Below, piece after piece: positions 26,944 to 37,364 of a stretch of 42,223 bases of DNA. Location of the stretch: the NCBI GenBank assembly GCA_047603125.1, contig JBLKOU010000005.1:1-42223 (forward strand), in the 5' to 3' direction. This DNA is from Candidatus Woesearchaeota archaeon. Lineage in GTDB: Archaea > Nanobdellota > Nanobdellia > Woesearchaeales > DATGWN01. Each line of letters begins with the position of its first letter. Positions within the stretch are counted from its first letter, which is position 1. The translations under genes were made by a program, and so were the position numbers. The notes under the pieces are model-generated. The model was not told where the DNA came from, did no database searches, and worked only from the letters and a program-made list of their open reading frames with translations.

Positions 26944-29709
26944 TTATTGACAAGCTTCGCAGTCCGGATCTGTGAGTGAGCACATTTTTGTCACTTGCGA
27001 CGCCGGTTGCTCTTCTTTTTTTGCTTGCGTATATTCTCTTTTTTGTGTAAAGCCATATTTTTTTGCATCAAGCGTTGACTTTTCTATTTGTGTTGCGCCC
27101 AATGTTCGAAGGTAATACGTTGTTTTCAGACCCTTTTCCCATGCATAAATATATGCTTCACTAAATGCACTTCCGCTTGTTCCTTTGATAAATACATTAT
27201 GCGACTGACTTTGGTCAATCCATTTTGCTCGAACAGCAGTATGGTCAATTGCAATTTTTGCGTCAATGTCAAATGCTTCTTTGTATAACTCTTTGAGCTC
27301 TTCAGGAACGCCTGCAATCAGTGAGACATTACCATCATAGTATTTGAGCTGCTCAAGCATTTCATCATTCCAAAGACCTTGTTTTTTGAGATCTTCGATG
27401 AGATATTTATTGACAATTGTAAACTCTCCACTCATGTTTGACTTTACATAGACATTTTTGTAAATAGGTTCGATGCAAGGAAAGCAACCACTAATAGTTG
27501 AAATAGTTGCAGTTGGGGCAATGGCCATTGTATTTGAATTTCGCATACCTTGTTGTTTGACTTTTTGCTTGAGTGTAATCCAATCCATGCGCTCTTCTCG
27601 TGTAACGGGAATTTTTTCTCCTCGTTCTTTTTCTAAAATGTCGAGTGTGTCAAGTGGAAAGATTCCTCGATCCCATTTAGAACCCTTAAATGATTGATAT
27701 GGCCCTTTCTCTTTTGCAAGATCGCTTGAACCTTCGATTGCGTGAAATGAAATAAATTCCATAACTTTATCGCTCGTTTGAATCGCTTTTGGTGAGTCAA
27801 ATGCGAGTCGCATTTTAAAGAACATATCTTGCACACCCATAATTCCAAGTCCGATTGGTCTGTGCAGCATATTCGAATTCTTTGCTTCTTTTGTCGGATA
27901 GTAATTAATATCAATAACATTATCAAGCATACGAACCGCTGTTTTAACCGTTTTTGCAAGAAGCTTTTCATCAATTTGATTCTGCTCATCTAAGTGCATT
28001 CCTAAATTAATAGAACCTAAGTTACAGACCGCTGTTTCTGTCTTACTCGTATTGAGTGTGATTTCCGTACAAAGGTTTGAATTATGAATAACACCGACAT
28101 GATCTTGCGGTGAACGAATGTTGCACGGATCTTTAAACGTCATCCACGGGTGCCCAGTTTCAAAGAGCATGGAAATCATTTTTCTCCAGAGTTTTTTTGC
28201 AGGGATAACTTTATGCTTTCGAATTTTTCCATTTTCTGCAGCACGTTCATATTCTTCATATTTTTTCTCAAATTCTTTTCCATAAATATGGTGTAGATCA
28301 GAAACTTCATCCGGTGAGAATAATGTCCATGACTCGTCTGCTTTTACTCGTTTCATAAATAAATCAGGAATCCAACTTGCGGTATTCATGTCATGTGCGC
28401 GTCGTCTATCATCGCCTGTATTTTTTCGAAGATCTAAAAAGTCTTCATAATCAAGATGCCAGCATTCTAAGTATGCGCATGTCGCACCGCGTCGCTTTCC
28501 ACTTCGATTAATTGCTGCAGTCACATCATTTGCAATTTTTAAAAAAGGGATAACTCCTTGACTTTCCACATTTGTTGAGTTAATCCAAGCTCCCGTTGAG
28601 CGAATATTCGTCCAATCATTTCCCAGTCCTCCTGACCACTTGGAGAGCTGTGCGTTATCGCTGAATGCTTTGAAAATATCTTGTAAATCATCCATAACTG
28701 TTGTTAAGTAACATGAACTCAGTTGTGGATGTGTTGTACCTGAGTGAAAGAGTGTTGGTGTAGAAGAAACAAATCGTAGTGACGAGAGTACTTCGTAAAA
28801 TTCGAGTGCACGTTGTTCTTTTTCCTTTTCTTCAAGTGCAAGTCCCATTGCCACACGCATCCAAAATGATTGAGCAAGTTCCATGCGCGTTTGCCTGTTT
28901 TTCATAAAGTATCGCTCATAGAGTGTTTGAATGCCCATATATTCAAGCAAATCATCCCGCTCTAATTTGAGACCATAAGAGAGTTTTTCTAAATCAAAGT
29001 CGAGCATACGTTTATCTAAGTAGCCTTGTTCAACACCTTTTTTGATATTATCCACAAATGCTTCCCTGTATGCGAACGGAGCAATCTCGCGAGTAATACT
29101 TTTTCCCATAACTTCTTTATTTAAGCGCATTTGAAAAAGTTTGGATGCAACATTGCTGTATAATGGATCTTTTTCCATAAACGAAACAGTTGCTAAGATG
29201 AGTGCCTTTTCTATGTCGGTCGTAGTAATCCCGTCGTAAATATTTTTCATAAATTCTTTGAAGACAAGATTAAATGAGAATTCTTTGTAACCCTTTGAAA
29301 CGCGATCAAGTGTGTCACGAATCTTTTTTTGATTAAAGAGAACTTTTCTTCCGTCCCTTTTGATAACTGTGAGTCTTCCAAGCAATGTTTTTTCAATATT
29401 TTCTTTTCTCTCTTGTTCACGAACACGTTTTCGTTCTGCTCGGTAGAGAATATATTCTTTTGAAATTTCATAGAGGTTTTTCTTTACAAGGTGTTTTTCT
29501 ATAATGTCTTGGATATTTTCAACATTTGGATAGAATTCGGTAAATCGTTCTTCTATTTCTTTTTGAATATCAAATAATACTGCTTCAAGAACTTCCTCCT
29601 CAAGCACAACTTTCGCCGAACGTGCGGCTTTTTTAATTGCATCCTCTATTCGCGCTGCGTCAAACTCGACAACAGAGCCATTTCTCTTTATCACATACAT
29701 TCCTGCCAT
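26944..29709 (-). CDS. nrdA: Class I ribonucleotide reductase alpha subunit with two ATP cones
   Basis: Two VIKRxG ATP cones, TPTL, LSSCY, SNLCTEI, VCNLGS, APTATIS, KTTYY and the C-terminal CEACQ. Confidence 0.97.
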   Translation of the reverse strand: MAGMYVIKRNGSVVEFDAARIEDAIKKAARSAKVVLEEEVLEAVLFDIQKEIEERFTEFYPNVENIQDIIEKHLVKKNLYEISKEYILYRAERKRVREQERKENIEKTLLGRLTVIKRDGRKVLFNQKKIRDTLDRVSKGYKEFSFNLVFKEFMKNIYDGITTTDIEKALILATVSFMEKDPLYSNVASKLFQMRLNKEVMGKSITREIAPFAYREAFVDNIKKGVEQGYLDKRMLDFDLEKLSYGLKLERDDLLEYMGIQTLYERYFMKNRQTRMELAQSFWMRVAMGLALEEKEKEQRALEFYEVLSSLRFVSSTPTLFHSGTTHPQLSSCYLTTVMDDLQDIFKAFSDNAQLSKWSGGLGNDWTNIRSTGAWINSTNVESQGVIPFLKIANDVTAAINRSGKRRGATCAYLECWHLDYEDFLDLRKNTGDDRRRAHDMNTASWIPDLFMKRVKADESWTLFSPDEVSDLHHIYGKEFEKKYEEYERAAENGKIRKHKVIPAKKLWRKMISMLFETGHPWMTFKDPCNIRSPQDHVGVIHNSNLCTEITLNTSKTETAVCNLGSINLGMHLDEQNQIDEKLLAKTVKTAVRMLDNVIDINYYPTKEAKNSNMLHRPIGLGIMGVQDMFFKMRLAFDSPKAIQTSDKVMEFISFHAIEGSSDLAKEKGPYQSFKGSKWDRGIFPLDTLDILEKERGEKIPVTREERMDWITLKQKVKQQGMRNSNTMAIAPTATISTISGCFPCIEPIYKNVYVKSNMSGEFTIVNKYLIEDLKKQGLWNDEMLEQLKYYDGNVSLIAGVPEELKELYKEAFDIDAKIAIDHTAVRAKWIDQSQSHNVFIKGTSGSAFSEAYIYAWEKGLKTTYYLRTLGATQIEKSTLDAKKYGFTQKREYTQAKKEEQPASQVTKMCSLTDPDCEACQ

Positions 29710-29783
29710 TTATATCACCAGAAGGTTCAGTGTTTTGCTCACCTTCTCATTTAAATACATTGTGGAACTTAAATATATACTTA

Positions 29784-29830
29784 ATACAATTCCTTGTGCT
29801 TCTAACTACTAAAAATACAAGATATTGTGG
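29784..29830 (-). promoter_or_regulatory. Tandem NrdR boxes upstream of nrdAB
   Basis: CCACAATATCTTGTAT (minus strand, 29815-29830) and a weaker GCACAAGGAATTGTAT (29784-29799), 31 bp apart. Confidence 0.72.
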
Positions 29831-29879
29831 TTTCGCTTAAAACCTCTGCTCGTTACTGTTGTGAGAAAATAGTAATAAA

Positions 29880-30836
29880 TTATTTCTTAAATGCTTCAAT
29901 TACAGAAATAGCTGCAGGATCAATTCCTTTGCTTTTTGCCATCTGATAACTTACCCAGTCAGCAAGACTTGCGCTTGTAAATAATTTACCCAGGCGTGAG
30001 TTTCCACGAAGCACAATTTCAATAGCAGCATCCGTTCTTTTTTTGACAAAGGAGTGAAACGCCTCAATCTTTTCATTAATTTGTGCATCATCTGTTGAAT
30101 CTTTTATGATAATTACAAAGTATGGTGTTAAATCATCAAGTGCGTTAAGTTCATTATGAAACAATTCAGGAATAGTGTTTGTAAACGCAAACGTATTTGC
30201 ATTCTCATTAAATGCAATTTTCCACCGATAGCCTATAAACGAGAGTGTTTCGTGCGTATAAATAAGTGGCGTTCGCTCTCCTATTTTTTGTGCGAGCTCT
30301 TGCGCGTAATCTTGATAATTTGTTGTTTCTAAAAGTTTTGCAACTTCCTCGATTTCTTGAAGCGTCCCTGTGAGAATGCCTGATTGTTCTAGTGTAGAAA
30401 CAATGGGTGCAAATAATGAGCCAAGCGCAAGGCGTGGTTGCAGCGCCGTTGGAATTTTAATATAGGTATTTTTATACATGGGTGCTAATTGCTCAAGTTT
30501 ACCGCCGCTGCTCATGACAACGATATGCGGTCCCTTTCTGACAATTTTTCTATATGCAAGAATCGTCTCCTCTGTATTACCTGAAAAACTGATAACAAAG
30601 ACAAGTGAGCGTTTTGTCAGCGTAGCGGGAATAATTGGTGTTCGTAAAATATGAACGGGAATTTCACAGCTATGGGAAATATAATTTTGCAGCAATAATC
30701 CTGGAAGCGCGCTTCCGCCCATGCCGATAATAAATATGGAATCAAATGTTCCTTCAATTTTTTGTCCAAGAGTAACCCCTTTTCTTAATTGATTAGGAAT
30801 TTGTCCAAGTGCGTGCTCGAAGTCATTTTTTTCCAT
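29880..30836 (-). CDS. Bifunctional phosphoglucose/phosphomannose isomerase (SIS family)
   Basis: Motifs GMGGSA, SFSGNTEET, QPR, NENA and PELFHNE. Confidence 0.9.
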   Translation of the reverse strand: MEKNDFEHALGQIPNQLRKGVTLGQKIEGTFDSIFIIGMGGSALPGLLLQNYISHSCEIPVHILRTPIIPATLTKRSLVFVISFSGNTEETILAYRKIVRKGPHIVVMSSGGKLEQLAPMYKNTYIKIPTALQPRLALGSLFAPIVSTLEQSGILTGTLQEIEEVAKLLETTNYQDYAQELAQKIGERTPLIYTHETLSFIGYRWKIAFNENANTFAFTNTIPELFHNELNALDDLTPYFVIIIKDSTDDAQINEKIEAFHSFVKKRTDAAIEIVLRGNSRLGKLFTSASLADWVSYQMAKSKGIDPAAISVIEAFKK

Positions 30837-30933
30837 ACGAGTGGAGTATTTTGCGTTTATATAAAACTTGTGTTCTCCTATCCTTTTTTTGGCAAAACCT
30901 TTAAAAACACTCTATCAAAAATAAGGGAAGAGT

Positions 30934-31197
30934 ATGAGACGAACAAAAAAAGTCTATGGCGAATATAAAACAGATATTTGTCCGTTTTGTGGAAAAAAAG
31001 CGTTCTGTTATAATAACGATCGGATTGCCGTTTGCCAAATGCACAAAAACACAACGCAACCACATCTTGTCTGGTCTGGAGAAGTTGTGCAAGTAAAAAA
31101 AGGCAAGTATGGCAATTATTGCCAAACATTTGCGGGCGATATTGTAGCCCTCAAAAAAGTTTTAGCAGCAAATAATATCGATGTTCAAGATCTCTGA
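30934..31197 (+). CDS. Small hypothetical Zn-ribbon protein
   Basis: CPFC..CQMH motif and KKGKYGNYC; divergent TATA boxes shared with the isomerase gene. Confidence 0.65.
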   Translation: MRRTKKVYGEYKTDICPFCGKKAFCYNNDRIAVCQMHKNTTQPHLVWSGEVVQVKKGKYGNYCQTFAGDIVALKKVLAANNIDVQDL

Positions 31198-32627
31198 TGC
31201 GATTTATATTCAGTGAGTATATCTTTTACCGTTGCAATTTCTAAGAAATTACATGTATGTGGAATTGAACTTGCAGTTCCTGAAACAATAACAATGGTAT
31301 GATTAAGTTCTATAGCCTTTTTTTGAACGAGGTGGTCAACGCAGCCAAAGATCATCTCTTCTGTGCTTTGAAACTCCGTCATTTTAAATGCACGCACGCC
31401 ATGATTCAGGCTGAGTTGGCGCATAACACTTTCATTATAACAGGGTGCAAAAACTGGCTTTCGTGATCGCATAGCTGAAATAATTCTTGCCGTCTGTCCG
31501 TTAAATGATGGAACAACAATGGCGTCAATGTCTAATGATAGTGCAGCATCCACTGCAGCCTTTGCTAAGAACATTTTAGGATTGTGAATGTCGGGCTCCA
31601 CTCCTGCAGGATTTGTTTTTCGATGAAACTTTGCAAGATGCTGTGAAATTTCAGCCATTGTTCGCACAGCTTCAACAGGATAATCACCATAAACAGTTTC
31701 TCCACTCAGCATAACTGCACCAGCACCATCTAAGATTGCATTTGCGACATCGCTAACTTCTGCTCTTGTTGCTCTTGCGTTTTGTATCATACTCTCAAGC
31801 ATTTGTGTTGCAACAATAACAGGCTTTGCGCGCTTCATACAAGCAATAATCATTTTCTTTTGCATGACGGGTACTTCACTTGCAAACACTTCTACACCCA
31901 GGTCTCCTCTGGCAATCATAATTCCATCGGCGATATCTAAAATTTCATCTATGTTTTCAAAACCTTCTCGATTCTCAATTTTGGCAATAACTTTTATTGG
32001 ACTTTGCTTTTGCTCAAGAATATTTTTGACCGCCAGAACATCTTTTTTATTTCTGACAAATGAATGTGCAATAAAGTCAAGGTTTTGCTCAATTGCAAAT
32101 TGAATAAAATCTTCATCTTTTTTTGAAATAGATGGGAGATTAATATGCACGCCAGGAACATTTACTGTTTTTTTGTTTTTCACAGTTCCGGACTCTCGTA
32201 CGCGACACAGGAGTGCTTGCTCTTCTTTTTGCTCGACAAGAAAAGATAATTCGCCATCATTAATTAAAATCTCTGTACCGATAGGTACATCATTATGGAA
32301 CTGTGCATAGTTAATATAGATAGTATTTGGTTTTTGATATGACACATCCCCAGAAATAGCGACAAGATCGTCTTTTTTTACAGCAATGGGCTCTTCAATA
32401 TGCGTCGTTCGCATTTCTGGTCCTTTCGTGTCAAGAAGGATAGCTATTTTATGAGAGACAGCTCGAACATTTTCAATAATCTTTTTTGTACCTTCAGTGT
32501 CTTGGTGTGCCGTGTTGAGTCTAACAACATCCATTCCATGAGCGTAGAGTGATTCAATAAAGTCCTTTTCGCAACGAAGATCTGAAATCGTTGCAACAAT
32601 TTTTGTGTTTTTTCTTCTATAATTCAT
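31185..32627 (-). CDS. pyk: Pyruvate kinase
   Basis: Motifs TKIVATI, DTKGPE, AKIEN, ARGDLGVE, ATQMLESM and MLSGET. Confidence 0.97.
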   Translation of the reverse strand: MNYRRKNTKIVATISDLRCEKDFIESLYAHGMDVVRLNTAHQDTEGTKKIIENVRAVSHKIAILLDTKGPEMRTTHIEEPIAVKKDDLVAISGDVSYQKPNTIYINYAQFHNDVPIGTEILINDGELSFLVEQKEEQALLCRVRESGTVKNKKTVNVPGVHINLPSISKKDEDFIQFAIEQNLDFIAHSFVRNKKDVLAVKNILEQKQSPIKVIAKIENREGFENIDEILDIADGIMIARGDLGVEVFASEVPVMQKKMIIACMKRAKPVIVATQMLESMIQNARATRAEVSDVANAILDGAGAVMLSGETVYGDYPVEAVRTMAEISQHLAKFHRKTNPAGVEPDIHNPKMFLAKAAVDAALSLDIDAIVVPSFNGQTARIISAMRSRKPVFAPCYNESVMRQLSLNHGVRAFKMTEFQSTEEMIFGCVDHLVQKKAIELNHTIVIVSGTASSIPHTCNFLEIATVKDILTEYKSHQRS

Positions 32628-32777
32628 AGTTTGCTTGCGAAATTGAGGGATTTAAAAAGGTTTAGTTTCTTCGGGTTTATCTAAAAAAATAAAGAGCGCC
32701 TTGTAAAATCCGAGTTTTTTTTATCTTTAAAAAGTAAATGTGGAATAGTTTAAATACTTGGAAAGCATAGATTGAGT

Positions 32778-33104
32778 ATGAGACGATACGAGACATTACA
32801 AGACTGTTTGGAAGACTTTTCTCTGCGTTGTTCTACGCAAATCGGGAGAATACGTGCCTGTTCTGATTTTTATAAACAAGTCGTTCCACGTCAAAAATCG
32901 TTAAAGCGTTCAAACTTAAATGCTGGGCCGTATAATCGTTTTGTTACGTATGCGATACAGACAAGAAGATATGGTCAATTACGAGAACTCGTCACGACAG
33001 TGATTGACGAAATGGAAAAAAATGAACTCACGCAGCGATATATCCCGAAATTACAAGGGCATCTGGAACAGATTTTACGTGAAAGAAATAATCGTCATCA
33101 ATAA
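32778..33104 (+). CDS. Hypothetical protein
   Basis: About 108-aa ORF with a TTTAAATA box upstream. Confidence 0.55.
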   Translation: MRRYETLQDCLEDFSLRCSTQIGRIRACSDFYKQVVPRQKSLKRSNLNAGPYNRFVTYAIQTRRYGQLRELVTTVIDEMEKNELTQRYIPKLQGHLEQILRERNNRHQ

Positions 33105-33117
33105 TTGATGCTCATAA

Positions 33118-34350
33118 TCACACCGTACGATACTTTGCAATAATATCTAAAAGTTCTTGGGCTTTTGTAACATGGTGGTATTGCTGTAAAATAGCTTGCT
33201 TATTTTGCTCACGCGCAGACATTGCCGTTTCTTTTTGGCTTTCTAAATCTGCAACAAATGATTGTAATTGTTTTCGACTTGCAACTGCACGAAAAAATTC
33301 CATTCGTTTTTTATATCCTGGTATAAAATCAAATCCTTCGTAAAATGAAGGCTGATTTAAGTGTGATAAGTCAAGACCACTGTTTTGAAAATCCCGTGTT
33401 TGATCAGGTAAATCTCTTCCAAGGATCGGTACGTCTGCAAGCCATGGCTCTAGAAAATTATATCCGAATCCTTCATTTAAACTCGTAGTAAGAGCATAGT
33501 CGCTTGCATGATAAACATCGGCGAGTGTAAATGAACTGCGATCGAGATGTGCGTGGAATGAACCGATAGCATGAGTCACATTTATTTCTTGTAAATATTT
33601 TTTTAAATGGGAGGCATATGGTTCTTCTCCAGGTAATGTTGAGAGAAAAAAGGCATCTTTTCCATCTTGTTCCAATGCTTTTGCATATGCGATAGCGTGT
33701 TCAAAATTTTTTCGTGGAATTAAGCGACCTGGATAAAAGACGATATGCGCATCATGGGGGATGCCCGCACGCCTATGTAAAAAATCACGAGTTTGTCCAT
33801 AGGTATGCCGTCTTTGAAAGTCTTGTGAATTGAGTGAGTTTGCCAGTACGTGTACATCCTTAACTCCAAGCCTGTGTAGATGTGTTGCATCATGTTGGGT
33901 GAGTGCAAGGACGGGAGTATTTTCTGGATACATAGTATCTATGTTTCCTCCGGCCTCTTCGTATCGTTGTTGATATTGTTCTTTTCTTTTATGTAAGAGG
34001 TCATGTGCGCGAAAGACGACCGTTTTATTTGTTTCTCTCGCAAATCTTAAAAATCCAAGTGTTGCGTGAGGAAAAATGCCAAGCGTGGGGTTTTCTATAA
34101 TTACGGTATCTAAGTCTCTCGTTTTTTCGTGAAGTTGATCCGCGATCACTCTTGGCGCATGTGACCCCGTTTGAAGCAAATTGACATTTTTTGTGTTGAT
34201 ATTTTTGGGTAAACAAAGACTGGGGTCGATACCTTGTGCTAACAGACAAATATTGTCCATACCAAGATGTTGTAGCCCTTCTATATTGTTTTTGACAACC
34301 GTATATACGCCATCTTTGGCAAATGTATAGTGCATAAATCCTAGTTTCAT
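33118..34350 (-). CDS. Glycosyltransferase family 4 (GT-B)
   Basis: Motifs HY..DGV, YPGRLIPRKN and EGFGYNFLE. Confidence 0.85.
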   Translation of the reverse strand: MKLGFMHYTFAKDGVYTVVKNNIEGLQHLGMDNICLLAQGIDPSLCLPKNINTKNVNLLQTGSHAPRVIADQLHEKTRDLDTVIIENPTLGIFPHATLGFLRFARETNKTVVFRAHDLLHKRKEQYQQRYEEAGGNIDTMYPENTPVLALTQHDATHLHRLGVKDVHVLANSLNSQDFQRRHTYGQTRDFLHRRAGIPHDAHIVFYPGRLIPRKNFEHAIAYAKALEQDGKDAFFLSTLPGEEPYASHLKKYLQEINVTHAIGSFHAHLDRSSFTLADVYHASDYALTTSLNEGFGYNFLEPWLADVPILGRDLPDQTRDFQNSGLDLSHLNQPSFYEGFDFIPGYKKRMEFFRAVASRKQLQSFVADLESQKETAMSAREQNKQAILQQYHHVTKAQELLDIIAKYRTV

Positions 34351-34482
34351 TTTTATCTCTGGAAAATGAGAAATAATCTGGTCTTTTTAATTCTTTGCAC
34401 TTATGATTAATTACAACCCTATAGACGAACCCTTGAGTAATCCATCAATAATTTTAAAAAAGGAAGGCTCGAAAAGTACCTG

Positions 34483-35937
34483 ATGCCTAAAAAGAAAAAG
34501 CTCACTAAGAAAAAAATACCCACTTTACAGTATGGAGTTATTCATTCTCAACATGGTTTGGCCGATGGTGTTTCCATTGTTATGGGGCAAATTGAAGACG
34601 TGATGCAAAAATACATGAAAGTTGATCCAAAAAACATTCATTATCTGACGGGTAAGTCTGGAAAAAAAACACGACAAGTTCATGAAAATGAACTTATTTG
34701 GCATAAACATACTGCGAATCGATATGTAAACACGCATTATCAAAAAGGACTTTCACAGAAAAAACACGAATATATTGAAAAGCAAATTCAAAAAACACAA
34801 AAAGTGATAGAGCGCTTTATAGAAAAGCATGCAATTGACGTTTTAATTGTGCATAATTCCTGCCATCCTGTTAATTTTTGTTATGCGGTGGCACTTTCTC
34901 GCTATTATGAGCAACAAAAGGCAGAAAAGAAAAAAACACCTAAATATATATTGTGGTGGCATGATTCCTTTTTAGAAAGAGAGCGCTATAAAAATCCACA
35001 CCCACTCATAGAACAATATTTGTATGAGGGTGTTCCTGGAAAACATGTGGATTATGTTTTATTCATTAACTCCCTTCAGTTCAAAGGTGCGCAAGAATAT
35101 TTTCATTCCATAGAGCAAAAACACCCTGACTTTTTTCCGCTCATTGATTTAAATCATGATGTCATTTATAATACAACTGATTTATACATTAAATCCTTTG
35201 AAGATTTACAGGAGTCTAAAAATGTTGACCTTGTAAACTCTTTTCTTGAACAATTTCATGTGCTTGAGACGCTCAAAAAAGATCATGTCTCTTTTGAAAA
35301 AACGGTGTTTTGTTTGCAACATACTCGAGTTGTTCAGCGAAAGCGCATCGATTTTGCACTCGAATATTGTTTTTCATTCCTATACATGCTCAAAAAAAGA
35401 AAAATTGCACAAGCGCTGTACTTTTTAATATCGGGAAACAGTGGGGATGAGTTTGATAAAACGAGACACGATTTAGAGAAGCTGCACAAACAACTCAGTA
35501 AAAAATATGGCATCGATACGTTTTATTTGGTATTTGCAGAAGATTTTGATAAACAAGAGATTCCATTTGAAGAGTATCCGCGAATCTTTGCTAAATTAAA
35601 TGGCTTCTCTACTTATTTTAGTGAAATCGAAGGGTTTGGAAACAATTTGCTAGAAGTTATGGCTTCAGGTTTAATTCCAGTAGCATATACATATCCTGTG
35701 TTTTTGAGTGATATTAAAAAATATAATTTTAAGATTATCGCCTTGGATCATTTTGTCATTGATTTAGATTCGCAGTTACAATTATTGGAAGTTTTACAAA
35801 ACCAACGGAAGCGAAAAATCTGGGTACAAAAAAATCTAAAAATTCTCGAGAAAAAATTAAATCATCGCATGATAAAACAAAAACTCACGCGTGCAATTAT
35901 ACGTAATACTGAAGACGAATCATTGAATGGTAAATGA
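34483..35937 (+). CDS. Glycosyltransferase family 4 (MggS-like)
   Basis: Motifs GLADGVS, WWHD, TRVVQRKRI and EGFGNNLLE. Confidence 0.8.
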   Translation: MPKKKKLTKKKIPTLQYGVIHSQHGLADGVSIVMGQIEDVMQKYMKVDPKNIHYLTGKSGKKTRQVHENELIWHKHTANRYVNTHYQKGLSQKKHEYIEKQIQKTQKVIERFIEKHAIDVLIVHNSCHPVNFCYAVALSRYYEQQKAEKKKTPKYILWWHDSFLERERYKNPHPLIEQYLYEGVPGKHVDYVLFINSLQFKGAQEYFHSIEQKHPDFFPLIDLNHDVIYNTTDLYIKSFEDLQESKNVDLVNSFLEQFHVLETLKKDHVSFEKTVFCLQHTRVVQRKRIDFALEYCFSFLYMLKKRKIAQALYFLISGNSGDEFDKTRHDLEKLHKQLSKKYGIDTFYLVFAEDFDKQEIPFEEYPRIFAKLNGFSTYFSEIEGFGNNLLEVMASGLIPVAYTYPVFLSDIKKYNFKIIALDHFVIDLDSQLQLLEVLQNQRKRKIWVQKNLKILEKKLNHRMIKQKLTRAIIRNTEDESLNGK

Positions 35938-36504
35938 TCGCATGTTCAAAAAATCTTCTTTTACAATCTCTCGCAACTTCGGATTATATAAGAGTGCGGC
36001 AGGATGATACTGGGGAAAGACAAGGTATGTTTTTTTGTGGATAAGAATTTGGTGTTTTTGTCCATGTATTTTTGAAATTGTGTCAATGTTTTTCATGTTT
36101 GAAACATCAAAACCAGAGAGAACAAATTTTGTTGCAAAGTTTCCAAGTGTCACAATAATCTTTGGCTTAATACAATCAATTTGTCGCAATAAATATGGTG
36201 TGTGATTTCTCATTTGCTCTACTGTGGGGTTTGCGTTTTTTGGTGGTCGATATTTGAGAATGTTTGCAATGTATACCTCTTGTACTGATAAGCCGATGTG
36301 TCCTAATAATGCATCCAATTCTTTTCCTGCACGTCCGACAAATGGCTCTCCTGCCTGATCTTCTTTTGCACCTGGAGCTTCTCCAATAATGAGTATGGTT
36401 GCATGCGGGTTTCCTTTTCCAAAAACAAGGTTTGTTGCAGCGTCTTTTAGCGGGCAGTGCAGCTGTTCAAGAATGTCTGTTCGAATCTGCTCTAACGAAT
36501 CCAT
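35920..36504 (-). CDS. udg: Family 4 uracil-DNA glycosylase
   Basis: Motifs GEAPG, PFVGRAG, RPP and HPAA. Confidence 0.9.
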   Translation of the reverse strand: MDSLEQIRTDILEQLHCPLKDAATNLVFGKGNPHATILIIGEAPGAKEDQAGEPFVGRAGKELDALLGHIGLSVQEVYIANILKYRPPKNANPTVEQMRNHTPYLLRQIDCIKPKIIVTLGNFATKFVLSGFDVSNMKNIDTISKIHGQKHQILIHKKTYLVFPQYHPAALLYNPKLREIVKEDFLNMRSFTIQ

Positions 36505-36545
36505 GTATGTGTGAAGGCGTGTTTTTTTAAAAATGTTGAGTTTAC

Positions 36546-37313
36546 TCACGCTTTATCTATTTTCAAAATAATTCCGACTGGACAGTGATCAGAACCAAAA
36601 ACATCATCACGTATATACGCGTCCACTAAATACGGTTCGAGCGCTTGCGAGATAAGAAAGTAATCAATACGCCAGCCAATACCTTTTTGCCGTGCTTGAA
36701 ACATGTACGACCACCAAGTATATTTAATGGTATCTGGATAGAGATGTCGAAATGTGTCAATAAAACCAGCAGCAAGCACATTTGTCATGCCTTCCCGTTC
36801 TTCATCTGTAAACCCAGCACTGCGTTTATTTGATTGTGGGTTTTTTAAATCAATTTCTTGGTGGGCAACATTAAGATCACCACAAATTACGACGGGTTTT
36901 GTCTTTTCAAGTGATTTTGCATATGTAAGAAAGTCAACATCCCATTCTTTTTGACGATATGTTAATCGCTCCAATCCTCTTTTCGAGTTCGGTGTATAGA
37001 CATTGATCAGATAGAATGATTCATATTCGAGTGTAATAACGCGCCCTTCCGTGTCATGTTTTTCAATTGCAAGACCATAGACAGTGGAGAGTGGTTCTAT
37101 TTTTGAAAATACTGCAACGCCACTGTATCCTTTTTTTTGTGCAGAATTCCAATAATGGTGGGGATACTCATCCAATAAAAGATCAACTTGATCAGGGTGG
37201 GCCTTTGTTTCTTGCAAGCAAATTATATCGGCTTGTTCACTTTTGATATAGTCAAGAAATCCCTTTTTGAGCACTGCGCGAATTCCGTTTACATTCCATG
37301 ATATGAGTTTCAT
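36546..37313 (-). CDS. xth: Exodeoxyribonuclease III (AP endonuclease)
   Basis: Motifs SWNVNG, LQETK, GDLNVAH, WRIDY and SDHCP. Confidence 0.97.
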   Translation of the reverse strand: MKLISWNVNGIRAVLKKGFLDYIKSEQADIICLQETKAHPDQVDLLLDEYPHHYWNSAQKKGYSGVAVFSKIEPLSTVYGLAIEKHDTEGRVITLEYESFYLINVYTPNSKRGLERLTYRQKEWDVDFLTYAKSLEKTKPVVICGDLNVAHQEIDLKNPQSNKRSAGFTDEEREGMTNVLAAGFIDTFRHLYPDTIKYTWWSYMFQARQKGIGWRIDYFLISQALEPYLVDAYIRDDVFGSDHCPVGIILKIDKA

Positions 37314-37364
37314 AGGAAAAACACAAACACAACATATTAAAAAGGTTACGTCTTATTACTTTCT

